This document shows positions 33,869-47,754 of a stretch of 64,000 bases of DNA, piece after piece. The stretch spans positions 24,607,821 through 24,671,820 of the forward strand of contig NC_092379.1 in NCBI RefSeq assembly GCF_030028105.1, written 5' to 3'. Under the pieces are notes generated by a model. That model worked only from the letters and a program-made list of their open reading frames with translations, was not told the origin of the DNA and searched no databases. The stretch's first letter is position 1; each line of letters begins with the position of its first letter. Both the position numbers and the translations under genes were made by a program. The DNA is from Mobula birostris. Its lineage: Eukaryota.

Positions 33869-36800
33869 CGTTTCATCTCCGGGTGTCAGATGGATTATAC
33901 AGCCACTAACGAGGCTGCTGTGGTAGGTTCTTTCTGAGAACTGGAAAGTGACAGCTCAGCCGGTTTCTGTTCTGGATTTATTCAATTGCTTCACTGCTTA
34001 CGAAATATACGTTGTGGCAGAACACGTCAGATTTGATTAACAATAGCTGTGGTTCCCTTTTCACTCAATTTCATTGCAACTTATGAGAAAGACAGGGGTA
34101 CTGTGAGAAGGAAATGACATAATTTACAGATGCGACAGTGAAATATAGTTTCGCCAAGATAATGTGAGTGTCACTACGTTGATAAACGTACCAGCGGTCA
34201 GTCTCCTGAGGTCTCCAGTGGTTGAGACAAAGAGATTAGGAAAGACGAGAAAGGTGTCAGAAAAGGAACTGGCGATTTGATGAGCACTGTGGAAGTAGGA
34301 AGCAAAGATGATGGCGTTGAAGACATCAGCAATGGTACGTGAAGCAGCACCAGTACAGTCGTCCATGTAGCATGAATTAAAAAAAAATAAGGAACGTTGA
34401 AACGCTACAAGAGAGTTTTGAAACATGGAGGGTTCCACGAAGGTAACACAATTACCAATCATAGCGGCATTGGAGTTGGGGACATACGGATTTCCAAGGC
34501 TACGCAGTGGCTTTGGAAAAAGTGGGAGGATCGAAAATAATAATAATTTTAAAAAATGCTCTGCGTGAGAACCAGCTAACAATGTTGTTTAGTTTTCTTG
34601 CTCTTTCTTTGCGAGATAGCATGTACGATGCACTCAGCTTATAGTCTGGCTAATTTCGCCGATTTTTATTCTCTGCACAGTGAACAACATTACTTGCATT
34701 ATCAACAAAGCCCGCATAATTGCAGCATAATTCTGAACTGATACTACAAATTGCAGTCTAATTTTCAAAGAATTGTGCAAATATTGCTCTCAATATTATA
34801 ATTATACTTATTGTTGTTATTACATTTTTTTTCTCAGCTCAGACTGTTAAAACGTAAGGGCCAGGTACAGCCAAACACGTCTGTTTGTCAGGTGCTGGGA
34901 ATTTCAAACTATACTTGTGGTTTTCTGAAGACCGACATGGATACTGCTTTACTTGCTCAGTTAAACAATAGTATAATGTTGTGCCTTTGGGATTATACCA
35001 GCTATACATATTACCATGGATCAATGTATAGTTGTTCATGTTTCAAAGTCTTAAAATTTCCTAGTTCAATACAGCATATTAACAATGTTTTTTTCTCATT
35101 TATTGATTTGGATATTATGTGCATTTCGATTCGCTATATCTATAATTTAAGTTGTTTTTGCCGTTTATCCCGTATTATTGTATGCAGACAATTATTATGC
35201 ATTATCCTCTATGCAATCACTGATGCGTTGGAATATATATTTGTAGTATTCTGACTCTGATTAAATGTATTATTATTATTATTAATATTATTATTATTAT
35301 CACATCACGTTACTTCACTCCAGCCAATTCCATCGCTCAGAAGGGGTTAACAATTCTCCTCTGAACGAATAAGGAATAATGAGGAATAATTTGTGGTTTC
35401 TCACCGGTCTACAACCGACCAATCGAAGCAAGCTCCATAGACAAGTGGCGATAGACAACAGCGCAAGATTAATGGGTAAATGATTTATTTAAATTATGAG
35501 GACTTCAAGCAGTGCAGAGAGACATGGAGGAATGGGTTCAGAAAAAGTGGATATAATTAGTGTGTTAAAACAGCAATCTGAAAGAGAGAATGTTTAACTA
35601 CATCGTAAAGAAATTTAGAAATAAAGTTAAATTTGTCACACTCTGTCTTTACGGCATTGCTGAACGGAGGACAAATATGGAACACTTTAGCACAGAGCCG
35701 ATATAGAAAGGACACTTAAACAATATTAACGGACTTTTTCCTTTCAAGAGAACTGGCACTAGCGCTGGGATTGCCTCTAAGAAAATCTCTTGTGTTCCTC
35801 TACCTGTTAGACGGGCAGGCACCGTAAAACGAGAAAAGTTTCAGCCAGAAGTCAAAGTAGCTGCGATTGCTGCAAGTGTTATTCTTGACAGACGTCCACG
35901 TGCAAACGAGAACACTCAAGCGGTTGCTGGAAGAAAGACAGCTTAACATTGTTATTGGAACTGAACACATTTATAATGCATATATATTATCAAGTAGCTT
36001 GAGACAGAGAGCGAGATACGTAAACGCAGACAATAGCAAACGGATCAACAGCTTATAAACAACATATTCCTTACTGCAAGTAAATTGTACAACGAATGGT
36101 AGACAACGTGGACTTACTAAAAAAAATAGCCTAATTCAAAGAAATGTTTTTACAAAAACACATGAATTAATATGAGAGCAAGAATGAAACCGGCCTAAAG
36201 ACGGCAGCAACGCTACGCAATAAAGTAATGAGATGACACCACCCGAAGAGTTGACTGAAATTCAAATAATTCATCAAATTTTCACAACCAGACGGTGATT
36301 ACAAAACACAAAGGTAGAGCTTTCACAAAATGCTGATGACGAATCTGAGCTTACAGGCAAAATTAATGCAGCTAAAGCAATTAATTCAAAGAGTGAATAT
36401 ATATATTCTATATATTGTATATATTTTTTCACTATATTTTTTTTCAGATGAAAACCTGATCTTTCGAAGAGATAAGAAAAGAATATTTAAAAAAAAACAA
36501 GTGGAATATAATAAAAAACGGCAGGAAACAACCGAAATTATGAATGAAAATGAAAAAAAAAAGCAAGTATACGGTTGAGTATGTGGTAAAGAAGGAAATT
36601 GCAATGTTGGCAATGTCTCATTTGGAATACAAAACACGGCGAAAACTCTGAGCAATTAATAAGCCATTAGTCAGGCTGCACTTAAAGTATTGTCAGCTGT
36701 TTTGGGCCCCGTACTCACTAAATATGTGTTGTTATTTGAGAGAGTCCAGAGGAGGATCAATAATAAACATATGGGGAAGGTATATCATATTTACACCTGT

Positions 36801-39800
36801 ACTCACTGGGATTTAGAAGAATGCAGGCGATCTCATTGAAATCTTCCAAATGTTGAAAGCGTAGACATCGAGAGGATATTTCCGATGTTGAGTCTATTTG
36901 GAACTGGAGAGCACCGCCTCAAAATTGAGGGGCGAACATTTAGAACAAAGACAAGGAGTCAGGAAGAAAAAAAAATAATGCCCCAGACTGCAGTGGAAAC
37001 CAAGTCCGTGCCTAAATTTACCGTTGAAGGTTACCGTTTCTGATCGGTCAGGGAATCAAAGGATATCGGCAGAAGAAAGGTGTATGGAGTTCAGTGGGAT
37101 GCGAGATCAGCCATGGTGGGTTGGCGGAGCAGACACGATGGACTGATTGGTCTAATTCCACTCCTATGTTTTAGGTCTTACGGCGAATTGTTGGAGGGGC
37201 GGCACGTGTTGAAGGAAGGGACTTCGTCGCGTTTTATATCTATGTGGATAACTAATTCAATAACAAGGGTTGGTTGGGAAAATCGCAAGCTCCCATGACA
37301 GCCTGCAGTTTTGACAGTTGCCTTCTATCAATGCCGTTATTGGACAACAGTGATACTTCATGATTAACACTACTACCGCAAGCATCGTGCCACGAGCAAG
37401 GAGTAAATTGTGTAGAGACATTCGCCACCTTCTCAAGGAAATCGAATTACTTGGAGAAGTTTGGAATACTTAAATTAATGATGCGGAAGTAAAGTATCCA
37501 AACCCATACTGAGGAAATGTAAGTTGAGTAATACAGCAGTGAATTTCTGTGTGTTCATCCAGTCAATCCGAGACCTGTCGTTGTGGTTCCGTTTCAGTGT
37601 GATGCAACTGCAGTACACTTCTCCCGGGCTGATTCAAAGCAAAATGCCTGACATGCGGTGAGCAAACAAGAAACGCTCTATAAGGTCTGGATACATGAAT
37701 GAGCTCTACGTTTTCTACAATTCCCCAATTTTTTTCGCACCTTAGGTGGGGTAGAAATGCTGACAAGGACGTAATTCCTAAAAAAAAGTAAAGCATAATT
37801 TCCACGTATCACTGCACAAATCTTGATCGATTCATGTCATTCAATTCGCCTTCAGACCTGCCGCTGGCTTTCGGAGCAGTTTGCATATGTGCTGCTGAAA
37901 ATTTGCAGCAATTGCAGAATTTCTTCTCGCTAGGTTTGGTGTTTCTAAATCAACATGATTTGATTAAGGAGCTTCTGGAAAATTAACCTATACCAATTAA
38001 TGACCATAATACGATGGAAGTGTAGCAGTCAATTAAAGGTAACTAGAAAATAATCCCGAACGTTAATTTCATTCAATGTTGTGACGAAGTTTTGGAAAAA
38101 AAAAAAAAAAATCCTGGATCTGATTCTGTGGAGTGAGCTAGATTTGATGAATAATCTTAAGATCAGGAAACTTTTTTTTTTTAAAGCCGACGTGACGATG
38201 TCATAATATTCACCCACCAATTTAATAGGGACAACCTGATATTGATGCCTCGCTTTCAGTAGATTTAATTACAAATGTATGAGAGAGGAGTGTGCCAAGT
38301 TTGATCATAAGGAGCTGACGGTAGAGCAGCGAGTTTAACCATGGAAATTGGGGTCTCTGCTTTTCAAGGTTTTCATAACAGAATGGATGGATTTTTGCCG
38401 AGGTTGCGTATTACTTAAATACAGGTGAAGTATTGGATACTGCTGAGGAAGCAGGGAGCAGGGAGCATTCACTGGTGGTAGGATAAACTACGACAAGGCT
38501 CACATCAGTGCAGGTGCAACAAGCAGTAGGTAACGGCATAAAATGTAATTTGATTGCAGAACAAAGTCGTTGAAAATATTCTAAATAAGGAGTGAATTCG
38601 AAAAACTCAGGTGTGTACTAACTTAAAAGTCCTACTTCCTGACTCCTTTAGGGTCAACTTGAGTACTGAGCCCGTACTAAAAATGGCAATGTTGATTGTT
38701 AGAAACAAAATATAAAAAACTGTGATGAAGCGTTGTTTCTTTATAAGGGGTAAATCGCACTCCATTTGGAGTTTTGAAAAAACTTTCAGCTCAAAGTCCA
38801 AAGGAAGAGTGTTCTGGTTTAGAAGGGAGAAAAGTAGAAACTTACGAGAATAACCCTGGGGCAGACATATTATCGTAGGTGGAGAGTTTGATGGTTCTTC
38901 GGATTAGAGCAATGATATGAATTCCAATGTAACATAACCAGCAAAAATGTATTGAGTACAGTGGACGTGCGGATGATAGATCCAGCAGCGGGAAAGTGGA
39001 GCCTCAGAGGTACTCAACCTCAGAAAAAAGGACATGGCTTAGATTACAGTGGAAGCATTTTTTTTTTTTTGCCAGATTGTATATGCGTGGGATTCCTTGC
39101 CACAGTGTGTTGGGGAAGACATGTACGGTATATTTCAGGCAGAGGTAAATGTCTTCTCAAGTCGTAAGTGTGTCAGAATTTGGACGGAGTTGTCAGGAGA
39201 ATGCAGTTGAGATTTTATAGTTAATACAGTACGATCCAGTGGCAGAACCAATGTCTAGAGATCGAAAGGCCAAATTTTCTCCCTTGGTCTTACGGCAGAT
39301 CCTGTGTGACCTTTGAAACACGCTTTAATGTACCATACCTTTCATTAGGTCGATGGACAACCTCACACACACGAGAAAAGGATAATAGATATAGTTCATA
39401 AATATTGAGGGCTGAGAGCATAAGCAAGTGAGTTTTGTTTAGAAATTCTGTACTTTTGGAGGTTGTTATTGTTCGAATTTATTACTTAATTGCGCTGAGA
39501 TTAATGGCTTTAATGTTTTGGATAATAGGGAGGTCATACTTGTTGGCACTATCGCGTAACCGCCTATGTGACGTTCTGTAGGATTTTTTAGCTTACGTCC
39601 TTCACAATTTGACGCAGTCTGTAGCAGGTTTGGTCCTCGGCAACACAGAAATTCAACATCGCGGCGTTAATCGCGAAGATCACGAGGCATGCCTTCCATG
39701 GGAGATTGCAATAGTGGATTTAGAATTCTCCTGCACTCCGAAGGCATTGCAAGGTATTAGTTGGAAGTTGCATGCCCAAATTTCAAGAATTACAGATGCT

Positions 39801-40615
39801 CCTTGAGTCACAGTTTCGAGTCCCTCACTCTTTGTGACATTAAAAATTACTGTGTGATTTTGTGTCATGATTTTAATGTGAAAGTAGATAAATTGCATAA
39901 AGAATAGTGGCGTTGTGTACCGAGTAGAAAGCTGTCACATATTCCAACGTGATATAGAGAGGATGTAGAGTTGGGTAGACAAATGAGAAGTTACATAGCA
40001 AATGGGGGGGGGGGGGGGGGACTAGTATGAAATAACCAACTTTAGAAGATCGTACAGGATTATGAGGAGGATTTTTTGAGGCGCAGTGGTACAGATGGAT
40101 ACTCGGCTTCCACGTCAGTATATTCCCCATTGCAGCCACGCAAGTGAATTTGAAACATAATATGGTGTACTGGATATTGAACTGGATATTGATTTTAAAA
40201 GCTGCAAGTAGATACTCCGCATCTCACAAATATCCAGTAAGACAACACGAAGAGAATTCGGTTAATTTCTGAGTACCTTATGATAGAAAGGATGTCTAAA
40301 GTTTAGTGAGAGAGCACAGAAGTAGCACCATGCGGCCTGAAAGATTAGAGAACGCCTTAAGCGGAAAATTTGAAAAAATCTAGAGATTTTCATTTTGGAA
40401 CAACGCAAGTTGACAGTCAACTTAATATAAACGCGTACGACTTTGAAAGGCAAAGGTATAATTATCCTCAGGGCGGTAATGCCAAGCACCAAAAACTTCC
40501 GATTAATGTTACTAGACGGACATTTTCCGCAGATATCTGAATGACTGTTTTTTTTTTTCCACAGAGAATAGCGGTTGGCTGAAATTCATGCCAGAGGTGG
40601 TAGAACCTTCATGAT

Positions 40616-41389
40616 AAGCACAAAATAATCTGCAGTTGCTGTGATCAAAGCAACCCTTTCAGTACGCTGGATGAACTCAACAGGTTGGGCAGCATCAGTC
40701 AGAAACCATGAGTCGATGTTCCGGGCCGAAACCCTTCGTCAGGACTGAAGAATGAAAGATGGTGAAGGATTTGAAGAATGCTTGTAGCTTCAGTTAAAAG
40801 ACCAGTAATTTGAAAGGCAAATGGGTGGGGGACAGGAAGCATTGACTTCATAGTCCTGAAAACAATGGGTAGTAGAAGAAGGAGGAGGAACCATGAGTGA
40901 GCTGGGGGAGGGAGTAGAGACAAATAGGGATAGAGGAAGGGAGGGGGAATGAGTTACCGGACGCTGGAGAATTCTATGGTCATATGCGGAAAGCAGAGAC
41001 GGGTGGAGAGGGAAAGATGTGCCCAGTTGTGGGGTCCTGCTGAAGGTGGCGGAAGTTGCGGAGGATAATGTGCTGGATCCGGAGGCTGGAGGGGTGGTAG
41101 GTAAGGACAAAGGGAACTCTGTCGCTGTTGTGGTTGCGGTAGGATGGGGTGAGGGTCGAAGTGCGGGAAATGGAAGAGATGCAGGTGAGGGCATCATTGA
41201 TGACTATAGAAGGGAAAACACGATCCTTAAATAAAGAGGACATTTGAGATGTACTGTAACGAGTAGCCTGATCCTCGGAGCAGATGCGGCGGATACTAAG
41301 GAACTGGGAATAGAGAATGGCATTTTTGCATGTGGCGGGGTGGAGGAGGTATAGTTGAGGTAGTTATGAGAATCAGTAGGCTTGTAGAA

Positions 41390-41429
<40 letters not shown>

Positions 41430-41470
41430 TAAAAAGAAAGAAAGAAAGAAAGAAAGAAAAAGAAGAAAGA
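40616..41470 (-). mobile_element. Penelope-like element, internally deleted paralog of 17568-18812
   Basis: Same insertion site (after AGAACCTTCATGAT, 40602-40615). It lacks the GIY-YIG portion and has an expanded (AAGA)n. Confidence 0.8.
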
Positions 41471-42012
41471 TATTAAAAAAAAGAAGATACTACTATGTAG
41501 ATATATAATAGTGTCTTTGAATGAGGGGATGTTTGGATAGATAGTCTAGTGTTGTAAATTAATTGGCATAACAAAGTCCGGCAAAGGGTCCGCCGTGTAT
41601 TGCCCTGTTTGAAATTCTCTGTTTTATGTTCCTTGAGATGGAGAACGGCAGATAGTCCGTGGTTTTGTTCTTTCTCAACTCCAAAAGTGTTATCATCATT
41701 TTGTCATGTTGCTCATGTTAAGTACATTTCATTTGCTATAAGAATTTTCTTTGTAATGTTTTTGCAGGACTGGGAAAAAAAAAAAAAACACTCTGTCAGC
41801 GTTTGTAAATTTGAGGTTGTTCATTAGCTTCTGACAACTAAAACAAATATAAAAGACACGGCCACTTATATCGTGATTCAAAGGAAGTTCAGCACCGAGC
41901 TTCCACAGGCGCACAAATAAATACCCTGTCAATATACTTGAGAAATAAATGAAACAGTTAAAATTTTGAAAATATATGAGTGGCACCTTATTATAGATTT
42001 TTTTTCCATGTG

Positions 42013-42303
42013 GTTCATGTCAAATTACGTACTGTAGAATGTGTAGAAGCATTGAGTTTCTATAGTTACTATGTCCGCTCTATTCCATACTAATAACATC
42101 TCACATCATTTCAAAACCGGATTTCTATGTTCCCGGCAATATTTGCATAATGCCTTTCAGAAAATAAAAAACGTACGAAATTGTCTTGAATTCAAAAACA
42201 AAATCGATCTACACAGAAGATTCAAAAGAGACATTCCATGGATCGATGATCTTGTAGAGAAGTAAAATAAAGGAAATATTTTTTTTCCACCAGGGATATA
42301 GGT
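42013..42303 (-). pseudogene. Decayed supporting TCR-delta V (cassette B2)
   Basis: After the acceptor it reads PISLV (the same 15 nt as the 63.6-kb V). The first Cys is at the same codon position (24) and is followed by C-x5-C. It has stops, a 1-nt loss at the exon start and remnant heptamer CACATGG. Confidence 0.72.
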
Positions 42304-43715
42304 CTGAAGAAATGTGAAAGACGAATCACAATTAATTCTCTATCGTTACTGCATCCACCACGACTCGGAATAGGTTAAAGTTTCACAAAGGCTGGTTTCG
42401 TTCACAATGTGTCCAAAATGCTTTATTGTCCTTGGCAATTTTTTCCAACGACTTCCCGAGGTGGAGAAATAATTGGCACCTGGTGCAGGTGGAGAAATAA
42501 AACTACTGCACGTAAATGCTCGAAAATGTAAAAATGCATGGAAATAATAATTAAAATATGGAACATTTATGAACAATCTGCCATCGCCGGACCCCTGAGA
42601 GATGGAGGATCTACCTGTTCCATTGTGTAAAATACATTGCTGTATTTTTTTTTTTTTGTGAGAGAATGACGAATGAGAAAAAGTATTAAACAAAAATGTT
42701 ATTTACAACGTCTGGTGCACTATCTACAGATTCGTTGCTCTTTAATTTAGCGAAATAGGATTCATGAGAAGGGAATGATTTTCCATGTTTGGGATGAAAA
42801 ACTGTGCGGTGAGGAGTACAGGCTGTTAAATGCAATACAACCCGGTATAAAACTTCATAATCAGTCCGTGTAACACACGTTAATGCCAAAGAAACTCAGC
42901 AGACCAGTCAGCATTTATGTAAAAGAGTAAGCAGGCGATGTTTCAAGCATAGATACATCATCACGATATTCATGTATACACTACCTGACTTGTGGAGAAC
43001 ATCTAGCTTTTTCGCTCTGTTGCTTGAGTTTTCAGCATATGCAGATTTTCTCATGTTTCCCTATTTGCAGTGACAGGTCATCCTCCGTATTCCCTATACT
43101 TCAACCAGTTTTCATATGTGTTTTCATCCCCCTGATGATGTTTCTTCGACTTTGGGTATATATGGTATATATGCTCTTAACGTAAAATGTTCTGACGGAT
43201 GTCGCTTGCATTGCAGTTTATATGCGGCCGTCAGGCTTATTCGCAACTGAGCGCCTTCACTGACTAATCACATCTAGAGGTTGTGCATGACAAAAAGTGA
43301 TTTCTCACCTTTCAACATACAGTTTCCGCGTACCTGCAGAGTGACTTAGCACGGAACATTTCTGAGAAGTTCCTTCAGACTTGATTACGCAATGTGATGA
43401 CCCAAGATCAGCATTTCTTCTTCTGCCCCCATGACCATCTGCTTACAACACAAATGCTCGCTCTGCATCTGCGAATGCACTCTTTCCCCTACTCTTGTAA
43501 TGCATGGTTAAAGAGTCGCGCTGCTTTTACTTGAATTATACCTCTCCTAAGAAGAGCTCACGGCGGGCAATCCAAACGCGTTATTTTTTTTTTTTCTTTC
43601 AATCTTAAAGCTTCTATCTACGAAATCTCAATCAAACTTGATATATTCAACAAAACTACCCTTGAAAGCACTGGGACGAAACGGCTTTATACATTTCGCC
43701 AGTTCACATACCTAC

Positions 43716-43770
43716 TGTCTGTCACAGTGACCCTGGTCCCGGTTCCACATCGATAGCCAGTGTAGTAACT
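43716..43770 (-). CDS. NAR-TCR J segment (cassette B2), open
   Basis: SYYTGYRCGTGTRVTVTD plus GTAGGT donor. The RSS is GATTTTTAT-23-CACGGTG (43771-43809). Confidence 0.85.
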
Positions 43771-44120
43771 CACCGTGATCCGACACTCAGACTCACTGGT
43801 ATAAAAATCATCCTCAACACAGTCTAATCAGCAGCTGACATTGGACTGCGTACAACTATTGCAAATTTTTAAAACATCAACAACAACATTCAGTGTTCCA
43901 GAAACCTCTGCGAAGCTAAGTGTGAAAAAGACAACTATAAGATGACCCGCTTCGTACATTCCGAAAGTCGGTTCCCTAAACTTCAGCAAATGTGAAAGAA
44001 AACAATTCCTGAAAGGGGTTAAGTACGATAGAATTCACCAGATCGCAGCGTGAAAGTAATCCCACATATGATTCTATTTCCTGACTCCAGAATGTATACT
44101 TCTTTTTTCTCGGATCTGAA

Positions 44121-44190
44121 AGTTTCTGTTCGATTACCCTTCGTTGTGCATATCCTGAAATCCACAGTGTTTCACGTCAGGTTCAAATCT
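44121..44190 (-). other. NAR-TCR D segment with 12/12 RSS (cassette B2); core 44149-44162
   Basis: Plus strand reads AGTTTCTGT-12-CGTTGTG [CATATCCTGAAATC] CACAGTG-12-TTCAAATCT. Confidence 0.8.
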
Positions 44191-44374
44191 CAGAAAAGGA
44201 CTGTGCTGGAGGTAACAGCTTCCCAACTACTATTCCTGCTTCCATCCTGTTGGAGCAGGGTGACATCTGAAGTAAGGGTTTAGGAACGGGGGAAATCGTT
44301 ATGACTTAAGCCGTTGATGGGATAAATTGCAGCCAGTATTTGAGTACAGCGGGAATCGCTTTCCAAGCTCTGTG

Positions 44375-44858
44375 TACATTCATGTTTATATTCAACTTTA
44401 CAGAAATAGTTGGCGCTGTCCTTAACTCCAAGATGCAAATTGTTAAGGATAATTGTCAAAAATGCTTTATTTTCCGTTGTTATAAGTCTTCCTCCTGTGC
44501 AGATGCGCTCCCAGTCCGTTTCTGGCTGCGTCTATTTGAAGAACCGTCCGGTTATAAATTAATCGCTTGATGATTTTTTTTACGGAACTTGCATGTGATG
44601 GTGAGAGACAAGCATTATATTTTCGCCACAGCTGTCAGCACTCTGGATAACTGATTGGCCGAAGAGGACGGGAAATTAAGCAAATGCAGAAGGGAAGCGT
44701 CATTAGATGTCAAATACTCAAGACGACTAATACAATAACTTCATGAAATTCTTCATCTACCTATTCAGTTTTATATCTAACTCACATACTGCAGAAAATT
44801 GCCTACGGTACACACGCCAAAAGCAGATGCAGTGCGTGACATTCAAGAGGAAATTCAT
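44375..44858 (-). pseudogene. NAR-TCR V pseudogene (cassette B2); leader 44816-44858, V exon 44375-44668
   Basis: The acceptor AG is mutated to CG. It has frameshifts, the shared TAA stops and an extra TAG. The RSS is CACAGAG-22-ACTCAAATA. Confidence 0.9.
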
Positions 44859-47754
44859 CGTTTCGTCTCCGGGTGGAAGATGGTTTATATGACGGAGAGC
44901 TAGACTGCTGTGTTACGTTATTCCTCAGAAAAGGGCAAAGACACCTCTGCCACTTGCTGTTCTAGATTTATGCAATTACCGCACACATTCCGAATTACCT
45001 TTTTGCGAGAAAGTGTCTGGTTTAATGAACAATAGCTATGGTTCTGTTTCCACTCAAGCTCTTTGAAGCAGCTGAGATAGGTTTCCATGACAGTTTTAAC
45101 GTCAATGCAAGTATGGTGGGAATGGTATCAGAACACGTGAGTTTTATGGAACTGTGGAAGTTGGAGGCAAAGTTCTTGAAATTTACAAGGTCAAAAAGTG
45201 TGCATGCATTATTCCAGTAGTTACCAGATGTGGCTATTACTTTTTAACCACTTCAGAGGCAACGGTTGAATAAACAGGTCATAGAGTACAAGTTATTTTA
45301 TTCGGATAAAACATTAAGAATAGATTACCGAGTTGATTTACTGAGTCTGCTCCGCCACTCAATCATGGCTGATCCATTTTTTTTCTCCTCCTAAAGGCAT
45401 TTCCCGGCCTTCTCCCGTAATCGTTGATGTTATGTCTAATCCAGAACCTATCCATCTCTCTTTTAAATACACCCAACGACCTGGACACCACAGCTACATG
45501 TTGCAATAATTTGCACATATCACCACCCACCGGCAAAATAAATTTCTGCGCAGCTCTGTTTTTTTTTGAATCGGCGCCCCTCTATCCTGAGGCTCTGCCT
45601 TCTTATCCTAGTCTCGCCCTCCACCAATGGAAATATCCTTTCCACATCTACTTTGCAGGGACATTCAACATTGGAAAGTTTTCAATGAGATCCCCTTCAT
45701 CCTTCTAAATTCCAGAGAGTACATACCCACAGCCATCAAAAATAAAATTAAAAAAAAAAAACAAACAACTTTCATTCCTGGAATCACCGTTGTGAACCTA
45801 CTGGGGACCATCTCCAATACCAGAACATTTTTTTTCTAAAATGAGCAACCCAAAACAGTTCACAACACGCAAGATGAGAACTCACTAGAACCTCATAAAT
45901 TCTCAGCATCACATTCGTGCAATTCCATTCTGGACCTCTGAAATGAATGTCAACATTACAGTTGCCCTTCTCACCATCAAAACAACTTACAGCTTAACAT
46001 TCATTAGGTTCTGAAGAAAGACTGCTATGTATTTCTGCATCTCAGAGCTTTGGATCTTCTCCCCGTTTAGAAAATACTCCATTTCCTATTCCATTTGCCA
46101 CTTTCTTGCAGATTTTCCTCATCGGTCTGAGTCCTTCTGTCATCCAACTTGTTTCTGCCTCTGCACAGATCTTCATATCTTCTCCAAACCTGACCAACAA
46201 GGTAACTATTTTACCTTCAAAATCATTTAAATACAACATAAACAGAACTGGTCCCAACACCTACCCAAGTGGCGAAAAAAAAAACACACCAGTCACTGGC
46301 ACTCAAACAGACAAGGATCCATTATTCCCATTCGCCGCCTCCTTCCAATCAACCAATGCTCTAACCTTCCTGTAATACAACAACCACTTAACTTGGTAAG
46401 CAGCTGCATGTTGGCACCTTGTCAAAAATCTTCTGAAACGTCCACATATAGAACATTCACTGCAACCCCTTTATCTATCTTACTTGCAATCTGTTCAATA
46501 AACTCCAACAGGTTTCACAAGCAAGATTGTCCCTTAAGGGAACCATATTGACTTCGCACTATCTTCTCCGGTGTCACAAGTTACTGCATCACCTCAGCCT
46601 GAACAATTGACTCTAACATTTTATCAAACACTAAGGTCAGGCTAACTTGTCTATAATTTATTTTTTCTATTTTTCCTCGCTCTTAAAAAGTACATTGACT
46701 TTTGAAATTTTCCAGTTCTCTAGCACCATGCCAGAGTGCAATGATGTTTGACAGATTACTTCTAATGCTGCAGCAATCTGTAAAACTACATCGTTCAGAC
46801 AGCTAGTGTGACTAATATACCTTTAGGTCTTTCAGCTTTTTGAGCACTTTCCCTCACGTTACATTAACTGCACGATGTTCTCCTCATCCACACATTACAA
46901 CATCTGACAAACTTCTCGTGTCTCTAACAGTAATCACTGATGTAAAATACTGCTATATTTTTATACCCCTTTGATATTTATTTGCCTCATTTGATGCCGG
47001 TGCAATATGTACTCTCATTTCTCTTTTATTTCTTATGTAATTAATTAAGCTTTTCCGATCCGCTTTGATATAATCCACTAGCTTGTTTTCATGTACCTTC
47101 TTTCTCCTTCTAATGATTCCTTTAGTTGCTCTCTGCAGCTTTTGAAACACTTTCCAATCTTCTATTTTTTCCCCACTATTTTTGCTTCTTTGTATGCCCC
47201 TGTCTTATTTTTAGATGAGCTTTGACTTCACTTTCAGGCACGGTCGTGGAATATTATCATTCGGGTAATTCTTCATGTTTTGGAATATACATGTCGTTCC
47301 TCATTTTACCCAGAAACGCACGCCATTGTCGCTCTGCTGACATCCCTGCGAGCAGCTTCTTCCAGTTTACTTTGACCAGCACCTCCTTCGTACCACCGTA
47401 CTTCTGTTGCTCCAGTGAAATAGTGCTACGCGAGAATTTATTTTCTCCCTATCAAATTTCAAGTTGAAGTCTATCACATTATGATCACCGGTTCCTCAGG
47501 GTTCTTTTATCTTCAGCTGCCTAATCGCCCCCGTTCCTAACATAACAGCCAATCCTGTAGAGCTGATTCTCTTGCAGGTTCCAGGAAACATTGCTCTAAA
47601 AAGCCATCTCTTAGGCTTTCAACAAACTCATTCTTCGAATCGACCTGCATGTTAAAATCTCCCATGGCTACTATAACATTTACTTTTTGACGGTCCTTTT
47701 CTATTTCTAACTGTAAATTGTGGTCCAGCTCCCAGCTACTTTGGAATGTCAGTA

